Source: Collinsella sp.
GTDB lineage: Bacteria > Actinomycetota > Coriobacteriia > Coriobacteriales > Coriobacteriaceae
Assembly: GCA_048326155.1 (NCBI GenBank)
Contig: DBFEQD010000002.1
Coordinates: forward strand, 13,080-77,079
Length of the DNA stretch: 64,000 nucleotides
Reading direction: 5' to 3'
The notes under the pieces are model-generated. The model did no database searches. It saw only the letters and a list, made by a program, of their open reading frames with translations, and was not told the DNA's origin. A program made the position numbers and the translations under genes. Shown here in pieces: positions 1 to 10,000 of this stretch (position 1 is its first letter; each line of letters starts with the position of its first letter).

Positions 1-408
1 GAGCGACCCGTAGCCCACATCGCCCGTCGAGGACTCGGACACCAAATTGCCCGATGCATCCGTCACAATCAGCGCGCTCACGTTGAACTGGTCGGCGTAT
101 TGCTCCAGCATGGCGTTATCCACCGAACCGTCGCGCTCCATATCGCGAGCAGCCTCTCCGGCAATCTCCATAACGCGAATCAGGTTTTTGGTCGCATAGG
201 CGCTGTTGAACGCGTCGTAGGAAAGGCTCTGCGTCGCCACGTAATCGACAACGTCGGCAAAGCGCTGCTCGGCTTGGGCCGTCGTGTAACCGTAGCTCAT
301 CATGCCGGCAGCAACCGAGAGCACTATCCCCAGCAGAGCGACAAGGAGCCATGCCCCTGCCGAACGATTGCCCCGCTCCTGAGCGGCGTGGTCGGGCGCA
401 TCGATCAT
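1..408 (-). CDS. Membrane sensor protein, probably a sensor histidine kinase (N-terminal part; runs off the window edge)
   Basis: Hand translation from ATG 408 (ATGA overlap with the upstream stop) gives MIDAPDHAAQERGNRSAGAWLLVALLGIVLSVAAGMMSYGY..., open to base 1: one TM helix then an extracytoplasmic domain. No kinase core visible. Confidence 0.6.
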   Translation of the reverse strand, partial: MIDAPDHAAQERGNRSAGAWLLVALLGIVLSVAAGMMSYGYTTAQAEQRFADVVDYVATQSLSYDAFNSAYATKNLIRVMEIAGEAARDMERDGSVDNAMLEQYADQFNVSALIVTDASGNLVSESSTGDVGYGSL

Positions 409-1274
409 GACAGGCCCTCCATATTCAAAAATGGCGAAGGGTCATCAAAGTACTTTGACACTAGGCGTTCCATGGTGCCATCGGCAAGCATTTCTTGGTA
501 GGCATGAGTGAGCTTGACGTCGATGCCACGCGTATCGTTGATATCGAAAGCGGTGCCCAAACCGACCTCTAGCAGCGGCTCATCCAAAATGCGATATGTC
601 ACACCATAGTCTTTTTCGTAGGTGAGGAACGAGGACTCATGCGCGGCGATAGCGTCGACCAGGCCCTCGACGAGCGCCGGGTTCAGGTATGAACCGTCCG
701 AAAAGCTGTAGAGTTCCTTGATCTGCGGAACGTTTTCATTTGTACGATTGAGCAAAATGCCCTCGGGCTTGGTGGTGGACTGGACCGCCACGACCTTATC
801 CTCAAGATCGGCAAGCGTGTAGATATCGCTCTGGGGATCGACCGCGACCACCTGGCGGCTCGCAAGGTACGGACCGGCCCAACGATACTCGTTTTCGCGA
901 CCCGTCATGCTAAAGCTGCCCATGACGCAATCGAGCTCGCCGCTCGCCAGCAGTTCTTTCTTCTTTTCCCAGTCGATCAGCTGGTACTTTGGCTTGTAAC
1001 CAATGCGGGCCAAAGCCTCGGTCAATATCTCGACATCCAGGCCAACGATATCGCCGTACTCGTCGGTATACACAAACGGCGGATAGAGGTCGCTGCCAAC
1101 GTTGAGCGTCTTAAGGCTGTCGTCTTTGACCTGCGAGGCGTCCAGACCTTCTAATGCAGACGTCGAGGCTCTGTCATTCGACCCGGAACAGCCGGCTATC
1201 GCTACGACAAAGGCACACGCTACCGCAAGCGCGGCAAACAACGATATGGACACCGAGCGGCGAGGTCTTTTCAT
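405..1274 (-). CDS. Amino-acid ABC-type substrate-binding lipoprotein (SBP_bac_3 family)
   Basis: Lipobox IAGC; motifs YPPFVY, GLDVEI, GELDCVMGSFSMT. Confidence 0.9.
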   Translation of the reverse strand: MKRPRRSVSISLFAALAVACAFVVAIAGCSGSNDRASTSALEGLDASQVKDDSLKTLNVGSDLYPPFVYTDEYGDIVGLDVEILTEALARIGYKPKYQLIDWEKKKELLASGELDCVMGSFSMTGRENEYRWAGPYLASRQVVAVDPQSDIYTLADLEDKVVAVQSTTKPEGILLNRTNENVPQIKELYSFSDGSYLNPALVEGLVDAIAAHESSFLTYEKDYGVTYRILDEPLLEVGLGTAFDINDTRGIDVKLTHAYQEMLADGTMERLVSKYFDDPSPFLNMEGLS

Positions 1275-1418
1275 CGAGCTCCAGAAGATCCTGTTTACAG
1301 ACTGAAATGGATAAAGATAATAGCAAACGAAACCACTCGAGCGTCCAATGGTTACAGACGTTTTACCATGCGGGGCCTTCCAGCCGGCTTGGCAGAAGGC
1401 CCCGCATGCAGCACACGC

Positions 1419-2633
1419 CTACCGTGCATTAAAAACGTAGCGGTCCAAGCGATCGCAGGCTTCCCTTACGCGCGAAAGCGGCAGCGCCAGATTCACACGA
1501 ATGTGGCAGGGTCCATGGAACGGGCGGCCGTCCTGATACCCCACGCCCACGCGCGCCCCCTCGTCGAGCAGCCACTGAATATCGCGGCCATGCTCGCGGC
1601 ACCACTCGGTGCAGTCAATAAACACCATGTACGTGCCCTGCGGACGTGAATAGGACACGCCCTCAAAATGCTCGTCCACGTAATTGCAGAAGTACTCGAT
1701 ATTGCCGGCAAGCACCTGATTGAGCTCGTCCACCCACTCATAGCCCTGCGGCTGGTAGGCACCGATAAGCGCATGCATGGAGAGGACATTCATCTCGTTG
1801 TAGTGGGTCTTGTTGGACACGGCGCACACGCGGTCGCGCAGCGTCTCGTTATAGATGATGTGGTAGCTGCCGACCAGGCCCGCCAGGTTGAACGTCTTGC
1901 TGGGCGCGTAGAGGGCAACCGTGCGCATGCGGGCATCCTCGCTCACCGACTGCGTCGGGATATGCTTGTGCCCCGGCAGAATGATATCGGACCAAATCTC
2001 GTCCGATATCACCACGCAATCGTGCTGGCGATAGATGTCCATGGCGCGCTCGATCTCGTCGCGCTCCCATACGCGGCCGCAGGGATTGTGCGGCGAGCAG
2101 AACACCGCAGCATGGATGTGGTTTTGGGCGAGCTTGTGCTCCATGTCCTCAAAGTCCATACGCCACACGCCCTGATCGTCGAGCTTAAGCGGGCTGTGGA
2201 CAATGTGATAGCCCGCGGCCTCAATGGACTTGGTAAAGCCGATGTAGGTAGGGCTGTGGACCAGCACCGCATCGCCCGGCTGAACATACGCACGCAGTGT
2301 CGACACGACACCGCCCAGCACGCCGTTTTCGTAGCCGATATGTTCAGGGCGCAGGCCCTCGACGCCATTGCGGCGGCTCTGCCATTCGATGATGCGGTCG
2401 AAGTACTCGGCGCGCGGGTTAAAGTAGCCAAACATGGGATGCTGAGCGCGCTGAATGATGTGCTCCTGGACCGTGGGCACCGTGGCAAAATTCATGTCGG
2501 CCACCCACATGGGAATGCGATCGAAGCCCTCGTCGGGTGCGTTTGGAGCCATGCCGGGGATCTCACCCCAAGAATCAACGGCGATGGAGTCCATGCCGTG
2601 GCGGTCGATAAGCGAGCTAAAGTCGTATTTCAT
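1419..2633 (-). CDS. malY: PLP-dependent C-S lyase / aminotransferase, MalY/PatB family
   Basis: PMWVADMNF, CSPHNPCGRVW, SDEIW, APSKTFNLAGL. Start moved to MKYDF (GGGAG RBS). Confidence 0.9.
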   Translation of the reverse strand: MKYDFSSLIDRHGMDSIAVDSWGEIPGMAPNAPDEGFDRIPMWVADMNFATVPTVQEHIIQRAQHPMFGYFNPRAEYFDRIIEWQSRRNGVEGLRPEHIGYENGVLGGVVSTLRAYVQPGDAVLVHSPTYIGFTKSIEAAGYHIVHSPLKLDDQGVWRMDFEDMEHKLAQNHIHAAVFCSPHNPCGRVWERDEIERAMDIYRQHDCVVISDEIWSDIILPGHKHIPTQSVSEDARMRTVALYAPSKTFNLAGLVGSYHIIYNETLRDRVCAVSNKTHYNEMNVLSMHALIGAYQPQGYEWVDELNQVLAGNIEYFCNYVDEHFEGVSYSRPQGTYMVFIDCTEWCREHGRDIQWLLDEGARVGVGYQDGRPFHGPCHIRVNLALPLSRVREACDRLDRYVFNAR

Positions 2634-2744
2634 GCTGAGCTCCCGTGCGAAGTGATTGTTTTGGTAGGCGTTATTGTCCACCAGCGTGGGCGGTTTTGGC
2701 ATGGGGTTTGCTGTTGATTTTGACGGATACGGACGGATGGCGGG

Positions 2745-3482
2745 TTAGTCCCGCGCGTCGTTGATGGCGGTTACCGTCAACCTGGCTCCGTCGACCGTAA
2801 ACGATATGTCGAGCCCGGCGTAAGCCGAGTGGTAAACGCGGTTTGGCTCGTGCTTGCTGCCCGCGCGGCGCGGATCTTGGCGAAGGACCTCGACCAAGCC
2901 GGGGAGCTTTGCGGGCGGGACCATATCTTGCAGCGCTCGCGGAAACTCGACGTCGAGCTCTTGCCACGGAGCATCCTCAATCCAGCCGCCGGTCGCATCC
3001 GGGTGGCAGTCCGCAAACGGAATGTAGGGCTTAATGTCGTAGATGGGCGTGCCGTCGCGCAGATCGGCCCCCAGCACATGGATGATGGGACCATTGCCGG
3101 TGAGCTCGACGCGATCGAGCTTGACGCAGGTAAGCCCAATGGAATTAGGGCGAAACGGACTGCGCGTGGCAAAGACACCCACGCGCTCGGCTCCGCCCAG
3201 ACGCGGCGGGCGCACGGTCTTCGACCACTTGACGTTGGTGCCGGACCTGTCCTGCGACTTGGCATCGGCAGCTATGTCCTTAGCCGTGCCGCCGGGCGTT
3301 CCGTTTTCGAAGCGCCACAGCAGCCACAGGTGAGAGAAGGAGTCCAGACCCTCAACCGCTGCATTGGAGGCAAATTCCGGCTCGAAAACGATGCGTCCCT
3401 GCAGATGAGGCGCCAAAAAGCTGTTGCGCGGAATGCCGAACTTCTGCGGCAGGTCGGTATGTATGTGTGCGATAGGTTCCAT
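2745..3482 (-). CDS. trmO: tRNA (N6-threonylcarbamoyl-A37) methyltransferase TrmO/TsaA
   Basis: KFGIPR, TVRPPRLGG, GVFATRSPFRPN, DGTPIYDIKPY, QDPR. Confidence 0.9.
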   Translation of the reverse strand: MEPIAHIHTDLPQKFGIPRNSFLAPHLQGRIVFEPEFASNAAVEGLDSFSHLWLLWRFENGTPGGTAKDIAADAKSQDRSGTNVKWSKTVRPPRLGGAERVGVFATRSPFRPNSIGLTCVKLDRVELTGNGPIIHVLGADLRDGTPIYDIKPYIPFADCHPDATGGWIEDAPWQELDVEFPRALQDMVPPAKLPGLVEVLRQDPRRAGSKHEPNRVYHSAYAGLDISFTVDGARLTVTAINDARD

Positions 3483-3623
3483 GCCGGTCATTGTACGGCA
3501 TGGGGGCATGGGGCGTTACGCGCAATTCTTCGCCGCGGTCCCCCGTCGTGCAACCAACGGTTGCTTGGAAGGGCGCCTGTCACCGCGTATGCTTAAGCCA
3601 TCAACCAGCAGAAAGGAGCCGCT

Positions 3624-4451
3624 ATGGCCTTTGCAGAAAAGCTCATCGCTGTCCGCCGCGCCCATCACCTTACCCAAGAGCAGCTCGCCGCCAAGCTCTT
3701 CGTCACACGCCAGGCCATCAGCCGTTGGGAGCGCGGCGAGGTCACACCGGGCATCGACATGATGAAGCTCATTGCCGCCGTAACCGGCGAGCCCCTGTCT
3801 CACCTGCTCGAAATGCCCGAGCACTATTGTCAGAGCTGCGGCATGATACTCACGCCCGACGACTGCGGCACCGATGCCACGGGCGCCACGACCGACCATT
3901 ACTGCAAGTGGTGCTACGACCACGGCAAGTACACCTACGCCACCACCATGGAGGCGATGATCGAGGACTGTGCCCCGCGCCTGGCGCAAAACACCGGCAT
4001 GTCGCTTGACGAAGCCGTCTCGCTCATGGGCGCCGTCCTGCCGCAACTGGAGCGCTGGCGCACCGTGCAGGAAAACGAGGAATGCTACGGCGCCGAGGCT
4101 CGAGCTCGCTATGGCAATGAGGCTATCGATGCAGCAAACGAAACGTTACTGGATATGGATCCTCAGACATGGAACGACATGAAGGAACTTGAACGCGCCA
4201 TTTTGGGCCAGCTCTCGATTGCCATGGGCATTGGCGACCCAGAGAGCAACGAAGCCCAAAAACTGGTTACAATGCACCGTCGATGGATTGCTCTCAACTG
4301 GGGATGCGAGCCCCAAGACGAGGCGTACCTGGGCCTCGCCCACGGCTATCTTGCCGACCAGCGCTTTGTTGACTACTACGACAAGCCCTGCGGCACCGGA
4401 GCCACGGCGTTTCTGGTACAGGCCATCGAGTCGTCACTGACCCGCGCATAG
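3624..4451 (+). CDS. XRE-family HTH regulator with zinc ribbon and TipAS-like C-terminal domain
   Basis: LTQEQLAAKLFVTRQAISRWERG; CQSCGM...YCKWCY; C-terminal EARARYG...HRRWI...LAHGYLADQRFVDYYD typical of TipAS. Confidence 0.8.
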   Translation: MAFAEKLIAVRRAHHLTQEQLAAKLFVTRQAISRWERGEVTPGIDMMKLIAAVTGEPLSHLLEMPEHYCQSCGMILTPDDCGTDATGATTDHYCKWCYDHGKYTYATTMEAMIEDCAPRLAQNTGMSLDEAVSLMGAVLPQLERWRTVQENEECYGAEARARYGNEAIDAANETLLDMDPQTWNDMKELERAILGQLSIAMGIGDPESNEAQKLVTMHRRWIALNWGCEPQDEAYLGLAHGYLADQRFVDYYDKPCGTGATAFLVQAIESSLTRA

Positions 4452-4502
4452 ACCGCGGCGGCTTTGGGTATTTCAATCAAAACTGCAACCGATTGGAGAC
4501 CT

Positions 4503-4748
4503 ATGGCTACTAATCATGAGCTCGCGCTATTCGTTATGACCGGCTGCCCGTATTGCATAAAGGTCAAGCGCTTTTTGGCCGATAACGGCGTGACCATTCC
4601 CGAGCGCAATATCTCGACCGACCCCGATGCCGAGCAGGCACTCATCGCCGTCGGCGGAAAGCGCCAGGTTCCCTGCCTGTTCATCGACGGCAAGCCACTC
4701 TACGAGTCGAGCGACATCATCGCATGGGTACAGGAGAACCTACTCTAA
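4503..4748 (+). CDS. Glutaredoxin-family protein
   Basis: CPYC active site; GKRQVPCLFIDG, YESSDII; GGAG RBS before ATG 4503. Confidence 0.9.
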   Translation: MATNHELALFVMTGCPYCIKVKRFLADNGVTIPERNISTDPDAEQALIAVGGKRQVPCLFIDGKPLYESSDIIAWVQENLL

Positions 4749-4783
4749 CACTCGCGTTGCGACCGGCTCGCCCCAACCTATAC

Positions 4784-4858
4784 GACCCAAACATGTACGC
4801 CAGCATCCAAAGTCGACCATTTCCGACATCTTTGGATGCTGGCGTACAGCTTTTGGGT
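4784..4858. repeat. REP-like palindromic repeat, copy 1
   Basis: TGTACGCCAGCATCCAAAG-N17-CTTTGGATGCTGGCGTACA; near-identical copy 1,080 bp downstream. Confidence 0.85.
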
Positions 4859-4940
4859 AGCCATGGACGCTCTTAGCCGGCTAATTGTTTGAGGCGACCT
4901 TTGGATTATGGCTGTTTGACGCCTCTGGAAAGGTTTCCGA

Positions 4941-5184
4941 GAGGGCTGTGGTCAAAAAAGGGCAAATATGAGTACTGCTACCTGTTTAGTAGCAGCGATT
5001 TTGATCACTTCAGGAACTCTTCAACGTTCCACTCGTCCGCAGACGACGTTATTTCTCCTCATATGTTCAATAAAAGTAGCTCCTAATGGGAACAAATCTC
5101 ATCAGGAGCTGCTATTTATAGCAAAATAAATGCAACCATAATGGCAACAGTACTCATATTTGCCCTTTTTTGACCACGACCCTC
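4941..5184. mobile_element. Small AT-rich element with ~40-bp terminal inverted repeats (MITE-like)
   Basis: GTGGTCAAAAAAGGGCAAATATGAGTACTG at 4948-4977 is perfectly inverted at 5148-5177, with imperfect extension on both sides. Confidence 0.55.
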
Positions 5185-5580
5185 CAGAATAGTCGCTGAG
5201 AACGACACTAAGTGACAAAATCCGGCACTTGGACGTTCTTATATGATTAGCCATTGAAGGACACCTAACGACTACTCCCATTCGCGACACACTGTGTCGC
5301 GAATTAAGCTGGTCCCATTATCGAAGACCAGTGAGAGCTCCTGCCCAGAATCTCGATAGCTTAATAAAGCGCTCCCCTCCGGAAGTTCAATGGGCATCCA
5401 AATTCCAAGCTGAAAAGCAAAGGAGTATCGAAGCCGTCAATGCTCATTTCCTATCGAACACGCGGGTCAAAACAAGCTAATTAGCCTGATAAACTGTTTA
5501 TATTTTTGTCTACAAAACTGTATACAAAAAGAGTATCCGTTGACCTGTGCTCGACATTATGCCGATCGATAGGAGGCGCT

Positions 5581-5847
5581 ATGGACGCTAAGCAGCTCGA
5601 AAAGATGATGGGGTTTGCTCCCGGAGAGTTGGAGAAAGCCGCGAAGGCATACGAAAAAGATGAATGGCCGAAGGGTCGCACCATCAAGCTGGGAAGGCCG
5701 TCGATCTCCGATGAGCCAAGCGTCGTTATATCAGCACGTGTGGGCGAATCGATTCTTGAGGCGTTTGACGAAAAAGCCAAACGCCATGGGCAAACACGCA
5801 CGGAGCGGCTCAGAGAGCTCATTACACTTGATGCACTGATTGCCTAG
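5581..5847 (+). CDS. Ribbon-helix-helix (CopG / antitoxin-like) protein
   Basis: AGGAGG RBS; GRP motif followed by strand VVISARV and two helices (LEAFDEKAKRHG, TRTERLRELI). Confidence 0.75.
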   Translation: MDAKQLEKMMGFAPGELEKAAKAYEKDEWPKGRTIKLGRPSISDEPSVVISARVGESILEAFDEKAKRHGQTRTERLRELITLDALIA

Positions 5848-5863
5848 GCCCGCTCCCCCGTCG

Positions 5864-5934
5864 GACCCAAACATGTACGCCAGCATCCAAAGTCGACATT
5901 TTTCGACATCTTTGGATGCTGGTGTACAGCTTTT
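5864..5934. repeat. REP-like palindromic repeat, copy 2
   Basis: Direct repeat of 4784-4854 with about three differences. Confidence 0.85.
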
Positions 5935-5994
5935 TGCTACATAGTCGTTGGGGACGTCCTTAAATGACCAGTCGTTAAAGAACGCCCCCGATGA

Positions 5995-6951
5995 CTAGTT
6001 AGCCGTGGAAGCGAGCTGTGGTGCAAGCGGCTGTTCGCGAAAGACGCGCTCGACGGCAGCGCGGTATTCGTCGACCTTTTTGGTCTTGCGTACGATCTTG
6101 TGGACGGTAGCGGGATCAGCGAAAGCGCACTTGGCGTAGAACCACCACTCCTTCATGCGGAAGACCGCATTGCCGCCAATCTCTTCTGCATATGCCGCAA
6201 ACAGCGTGTCGTGGAAGCGCTGCAGCTCAGCAGCCGTTGCAGCAGGGCCGCCCTTGACCATGCGAGCCAGAGCGGGGTTCGCGAGCAGGCCACGCCCCAA
6301 CATCACATGGCGCGTGCCGGGATAGGCCTCCACCAGCGCATCCATATCCTCAAGATCAAAAATATCGCCGTTATAGGCAACCGGGAACGGCGCACGCTCC
6401 AGCGTCTCGCCATAAAACTCTTTGCGCGGCGAGCCCGCATAACGGTCCTTCTGCACGCGCGGATGCACGATCAGCTCTGCCAGCGGCATGCGGCAATATA
6501 GATCGAGTACGCGCTCGTATTCGTCGTCGCTCTCCAACCCCAACCTGGTCTTGACCGATACCGGCAGCGGAGAGCGCTCACACACGTCACTCAAGAACAC
6601 CTCAAGTTCGTCGAGATTACGCAAGAAACCCGAGCCCTTGCCCTTGGCGACAACCGTTCCCGAGGGGCAACCCAAGTTGAGATTGACCTCGCGGTAGCCC
6701 ATGTCGGCGAGCACCTGTGCCGCCCACACAAACTCGTCCGCATTCTTGGACATAAGCTGGGGGACGACATTGAGCCCCTGGTTATTGGCAGGATCGACCT
6801 CTTTAAACGCCTTGCCGCCAAAGCGGTTTCCCACCCGCGGCGGCGGCAAAAACGGCGTGTAATAGCAATCGAGCGCGCCGAAGCACTCCGCATGCACGCG
6901 ACGGAACACATGCCCGGTTATCCCCTCCATAGGGGCCAACGATAGAATCAT
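5995..6951 (-). CDS. dus: tRNA-dihydrouridine synthase family protein
   Basis: LAPMEGIT, NLNLGCPS, SVKTRLG, HPR, YNGDI, VMLGRG. Confidence 0.9.
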   Translation of the reverse strand: MILSLAPMEGITGHVFRRVHAECFGALDCYYTPFLPPPRVGNRFGGKAFKEVDPANNQGLNVVPQLMSKNADEFVWAAQVLADMGYREVNLNLGCPSGTVVAKGKGSGFLRNLDELEVFLSDVCERSPLPVSVKTRLGLESDDEYERVLDLYCRMPLAELIVHPRVQKDRYAGSPRKEFYGETLERAPFPVAYNGDIFDLEDMDALVEAYPGTRHVMLGRGLLANPALARMVKGGPAATAAELQRFHDTLFAAYAEEIGGNAVFRMKEWWFYAKCAFADPATVHKIVRKTKKVDEYRAAVERVFREQPLAPQLASTAN

Positions 6952-6976
6952 CTACTCTTCTCTCATATCAACGAAC

Positions 6977-7003
6977 GTGACAAAGGGACTGTCCCTTTGT
7001 CGC
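6977..7003. terminator. Perfect palindrome / hairpin between the ABC gene and dus
   Basis: GACAAAGGGAC-T-GTCCCTTTGTC. Confidence 0.5.
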
Positions 7004-7004
7004 A

Positions 7005-10000
7005 TTATTCGGAGCGCAGGGCTTCGACGGGGTCCTTCTTGGATGCGCTGCGGGCAGGCAGCAGGCCGGCAACAACCGTCAGCAGCACCGAAATTGCAAT
7101 GAGCACCAGTGCATCCTGCACGGGCAGACTCATCAGGTTGGGGACCTTTTTGGCCGCAAGCGCCCAGGCATTGACCGGGAAACTCACGAGCACCACGACG
7201 ACAATGGCAAAGACGCCGGCGATGAGGCCCTCGATAAAGGTCTCGGCATTGAATACGTTGGCCACGTTGCGCTTCGACGCACCGATTGCGCGTAGAATGC
7301 CGATCTCCTTCTTGCGCTCCAATACGCTGATGTAGGTGATGATGCCGATCATGATGGAGCTCACCACCAGGCTGATACCCACGAATGCGATGAGCACCAA
7401 GCTGATGGTGTTCACGATGTCGGTCACCGAGCCCATGATGATGCCCATGTAGTCGGTGTACGAAATTGCCCGATCATCGTGGCCAGCGGCTTTGACCTGC
7501 TTGTTGTACGCATCGATGTGATCGAGTACGCGCTCCTTGGCCTCAAAGTCGCGCGGGAAAATCTTAACCGAGATGGGGTCTACCTCATCCGCATAGCCCA
7601 ACGTGGTCAGATTGTTGTCGTAGGTGAGCTTCGAAGCCTTGGCATAGCTCATCATGAGCGAACTCAGGTCCTCGGCGTCCATGTTGAAATGGATGGCACG
7701 AGCAAAGGCGCTCGCATCCACGTGCATGGCGCTCGTCAGGTTGGCAAAACTCGAAGACATCTGCGTCGCCATCTGGTCCATAAGCCCCGCTGCGCCCGCC
7801 TTGAGCTGGGACGATACCGTCGACGCTATCTGCTCGCTGATTGCCTTCATCACCTGATCCATAGCCTGCTGCAGATACGGAGCCAGCTGCTTTTGCACAT
7901 AGTCGGTCATCGCCTGTTGCAGGCGCTCGGCCAGGGCATCGCCGCCGAGCGCCTTCAATTGAGCCAGGCATTGCTGGGCTGCGGCATCATGCTCAAGATA
8001 CGTCGAGAATGCGGCAGCGAGCTTTGACGCGTCTTTAAGATCTTCGGGCGACAGCGCCTTAAACTGATCAGACTGCAAAAAGCCCTCAAACAGCTGGTTG
8101 GCTAGTGCTCCCACCTGCTGCATTTGCTCGGGCGTGAGTTCCAGACCGTCAAAGATACCCGAGAAATCTGGGGTTGGCGCTTTTGCCATGATGTCGCTGA
8201 AGTCGATGTCCTTCCCAACACCCGAAAGGTCGATATCCAACCCGGACAAGTCAAGACCCGACAGGTCCATACCGCCGCCTGCACCCGAGAGTGCAGACGT
8301 ATCGAACGAGAATGCGCTCTTGAGCGCCGCCTCGTCCACACTGAACATACTGCCCAGATCCACGCCCTGTTTTGCCTCGCCCTGCAGTTTATCGAAAGAT
8401 TTGCCCGTAAAGACATCCGTCTCGGGGTGGGCAAGCTGCTCCTGCACAATCTGCGAATCGGCGGCGCGCTCCATAAGCTGGCGAGTCAGTGCATGCGTAT
8501 AGGCAATGCCCGGGGTCAATGCGCTCGCGTTGGCCGTCTCGTTAGGTCGCACCACGCCCACAATGCGCACGTCAATACCGTCGGCAACCTTGGCCGTCAT
8601 AAAGTCGGCATCGTCAGACATGTCAGTCCACATGCCGGTCTCTTCGTTTTTGCGATACGCATCGGCCGGCGACAGCACCTTAAACGTGGTAGACAGCGCA
8701 TCGTCGTAGGTAAAGTCGGTGCCGGTCTCGGGCGTTTCGACCCCACCGTCAGCCGTCATAGCGCTGTTTACCAGATCGTTAAGCTCATTGATATCCAGCG
8801 CACCGATGCTGTAGAGCGTGTAGTCGCCCACCGTGCCGCGGCTCGAAAGCACCATTACGGCTTCGTTGGCGGACGTGGGCCAATGACCGGCGACGACATC
8901 GTACTGGCTGTCGAGCAGGCTCTGGTCGTCGATCATCTCGTTAAAGACCGAGGTTCCCATGGATTCCATGCTCACCGTTGCCGCCGAGCTCGCGCCTCCG
9001 CTCATTGCCTCGGTCATAGCGTTGGGAACAAGCCGAACGGGCTTCTCGTCACCCTTACCCGCACGATAGACAACCGGCGTCACGCCGTAGCCGTACTGGA
9101 TAGCGTTGACCTCTTTGTCGATACCGTCGCCACCGGCATCGAGCCATGCCTTAAAGCTCGTCATGTCGTTGGACTTAACGCTCGCAAACATATCCTTTAC
9201 GGCCGTGACCACAGGAATCCTATCGGTTCCCTTAGCCTTGCCGCCGGCACTGTCGTCGGACGAATCCACGTTTTCAGACGAGCCATCATCCGCAGCCCCC
9301 TGCCCGCCCATCATGGACGACAGGTCGTAGTCCTGCTTGGAGATGGTGAGCGGGTAGCTCGAGAGCGTGTCCTCCTCGACCTTTTTGATGTAGCCGTTTA
9401 CGCCATTGGAGAGCGCCAGGATCGCCGCGATACCGATAATGCCAATCGAGCCCGCAAAGGCAGTCATGGCCGTACGACCTTTCTTGGTCATGAGGTTTCG
9501 AGCAGAAAGCCCCAGCGCCGTCACAAAGCTCATCGAGGTTTTGCGCGTGGGCTTGGCCTCGCGACGCGCGGCCTTGGCAGCATCGAAGGGATCGGAATCG
9601 TCGGTGATCTTGCCGTCCGCCAGGTTAACAATGCGCGTGGCGTACTGGTACGCCAGCTCGGGATTGTGCGTGACCATGATGACCAGGCGGTCGCGCGCCA
9701 CGTCCTTGAGCAAATCCATGACCTGTACGGATGTCGTTGAATCCAAAGCGCCGGTCGGCTCGTCTGCCAGCACAATCTCGGGATCGTTGATCAGGGCGCG
9801 GGCAATGGCCACGCGCTGCATCTGTCCGCCCGAAAGCTGGTTCGGGCGCTTGTTCACGTGCTCGCCCAGGCCAACTTTCTCCAACGCCTCGCGCGCACGC
9901 TGGCGGCGCTCGGCATGCCCCACGCCCGTAAGCGTGAGCGCCAGCTCCACGTTTTCCAAAATGGTCTGATGCGGAATGAGGTTATAGCTCTGGAACACAA

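Noticed and set aside
8200..8300. DLSG repeats in the ABC permease
   Set aside because: Low-complexity protein linker; no sign of an independent DNA-level function.
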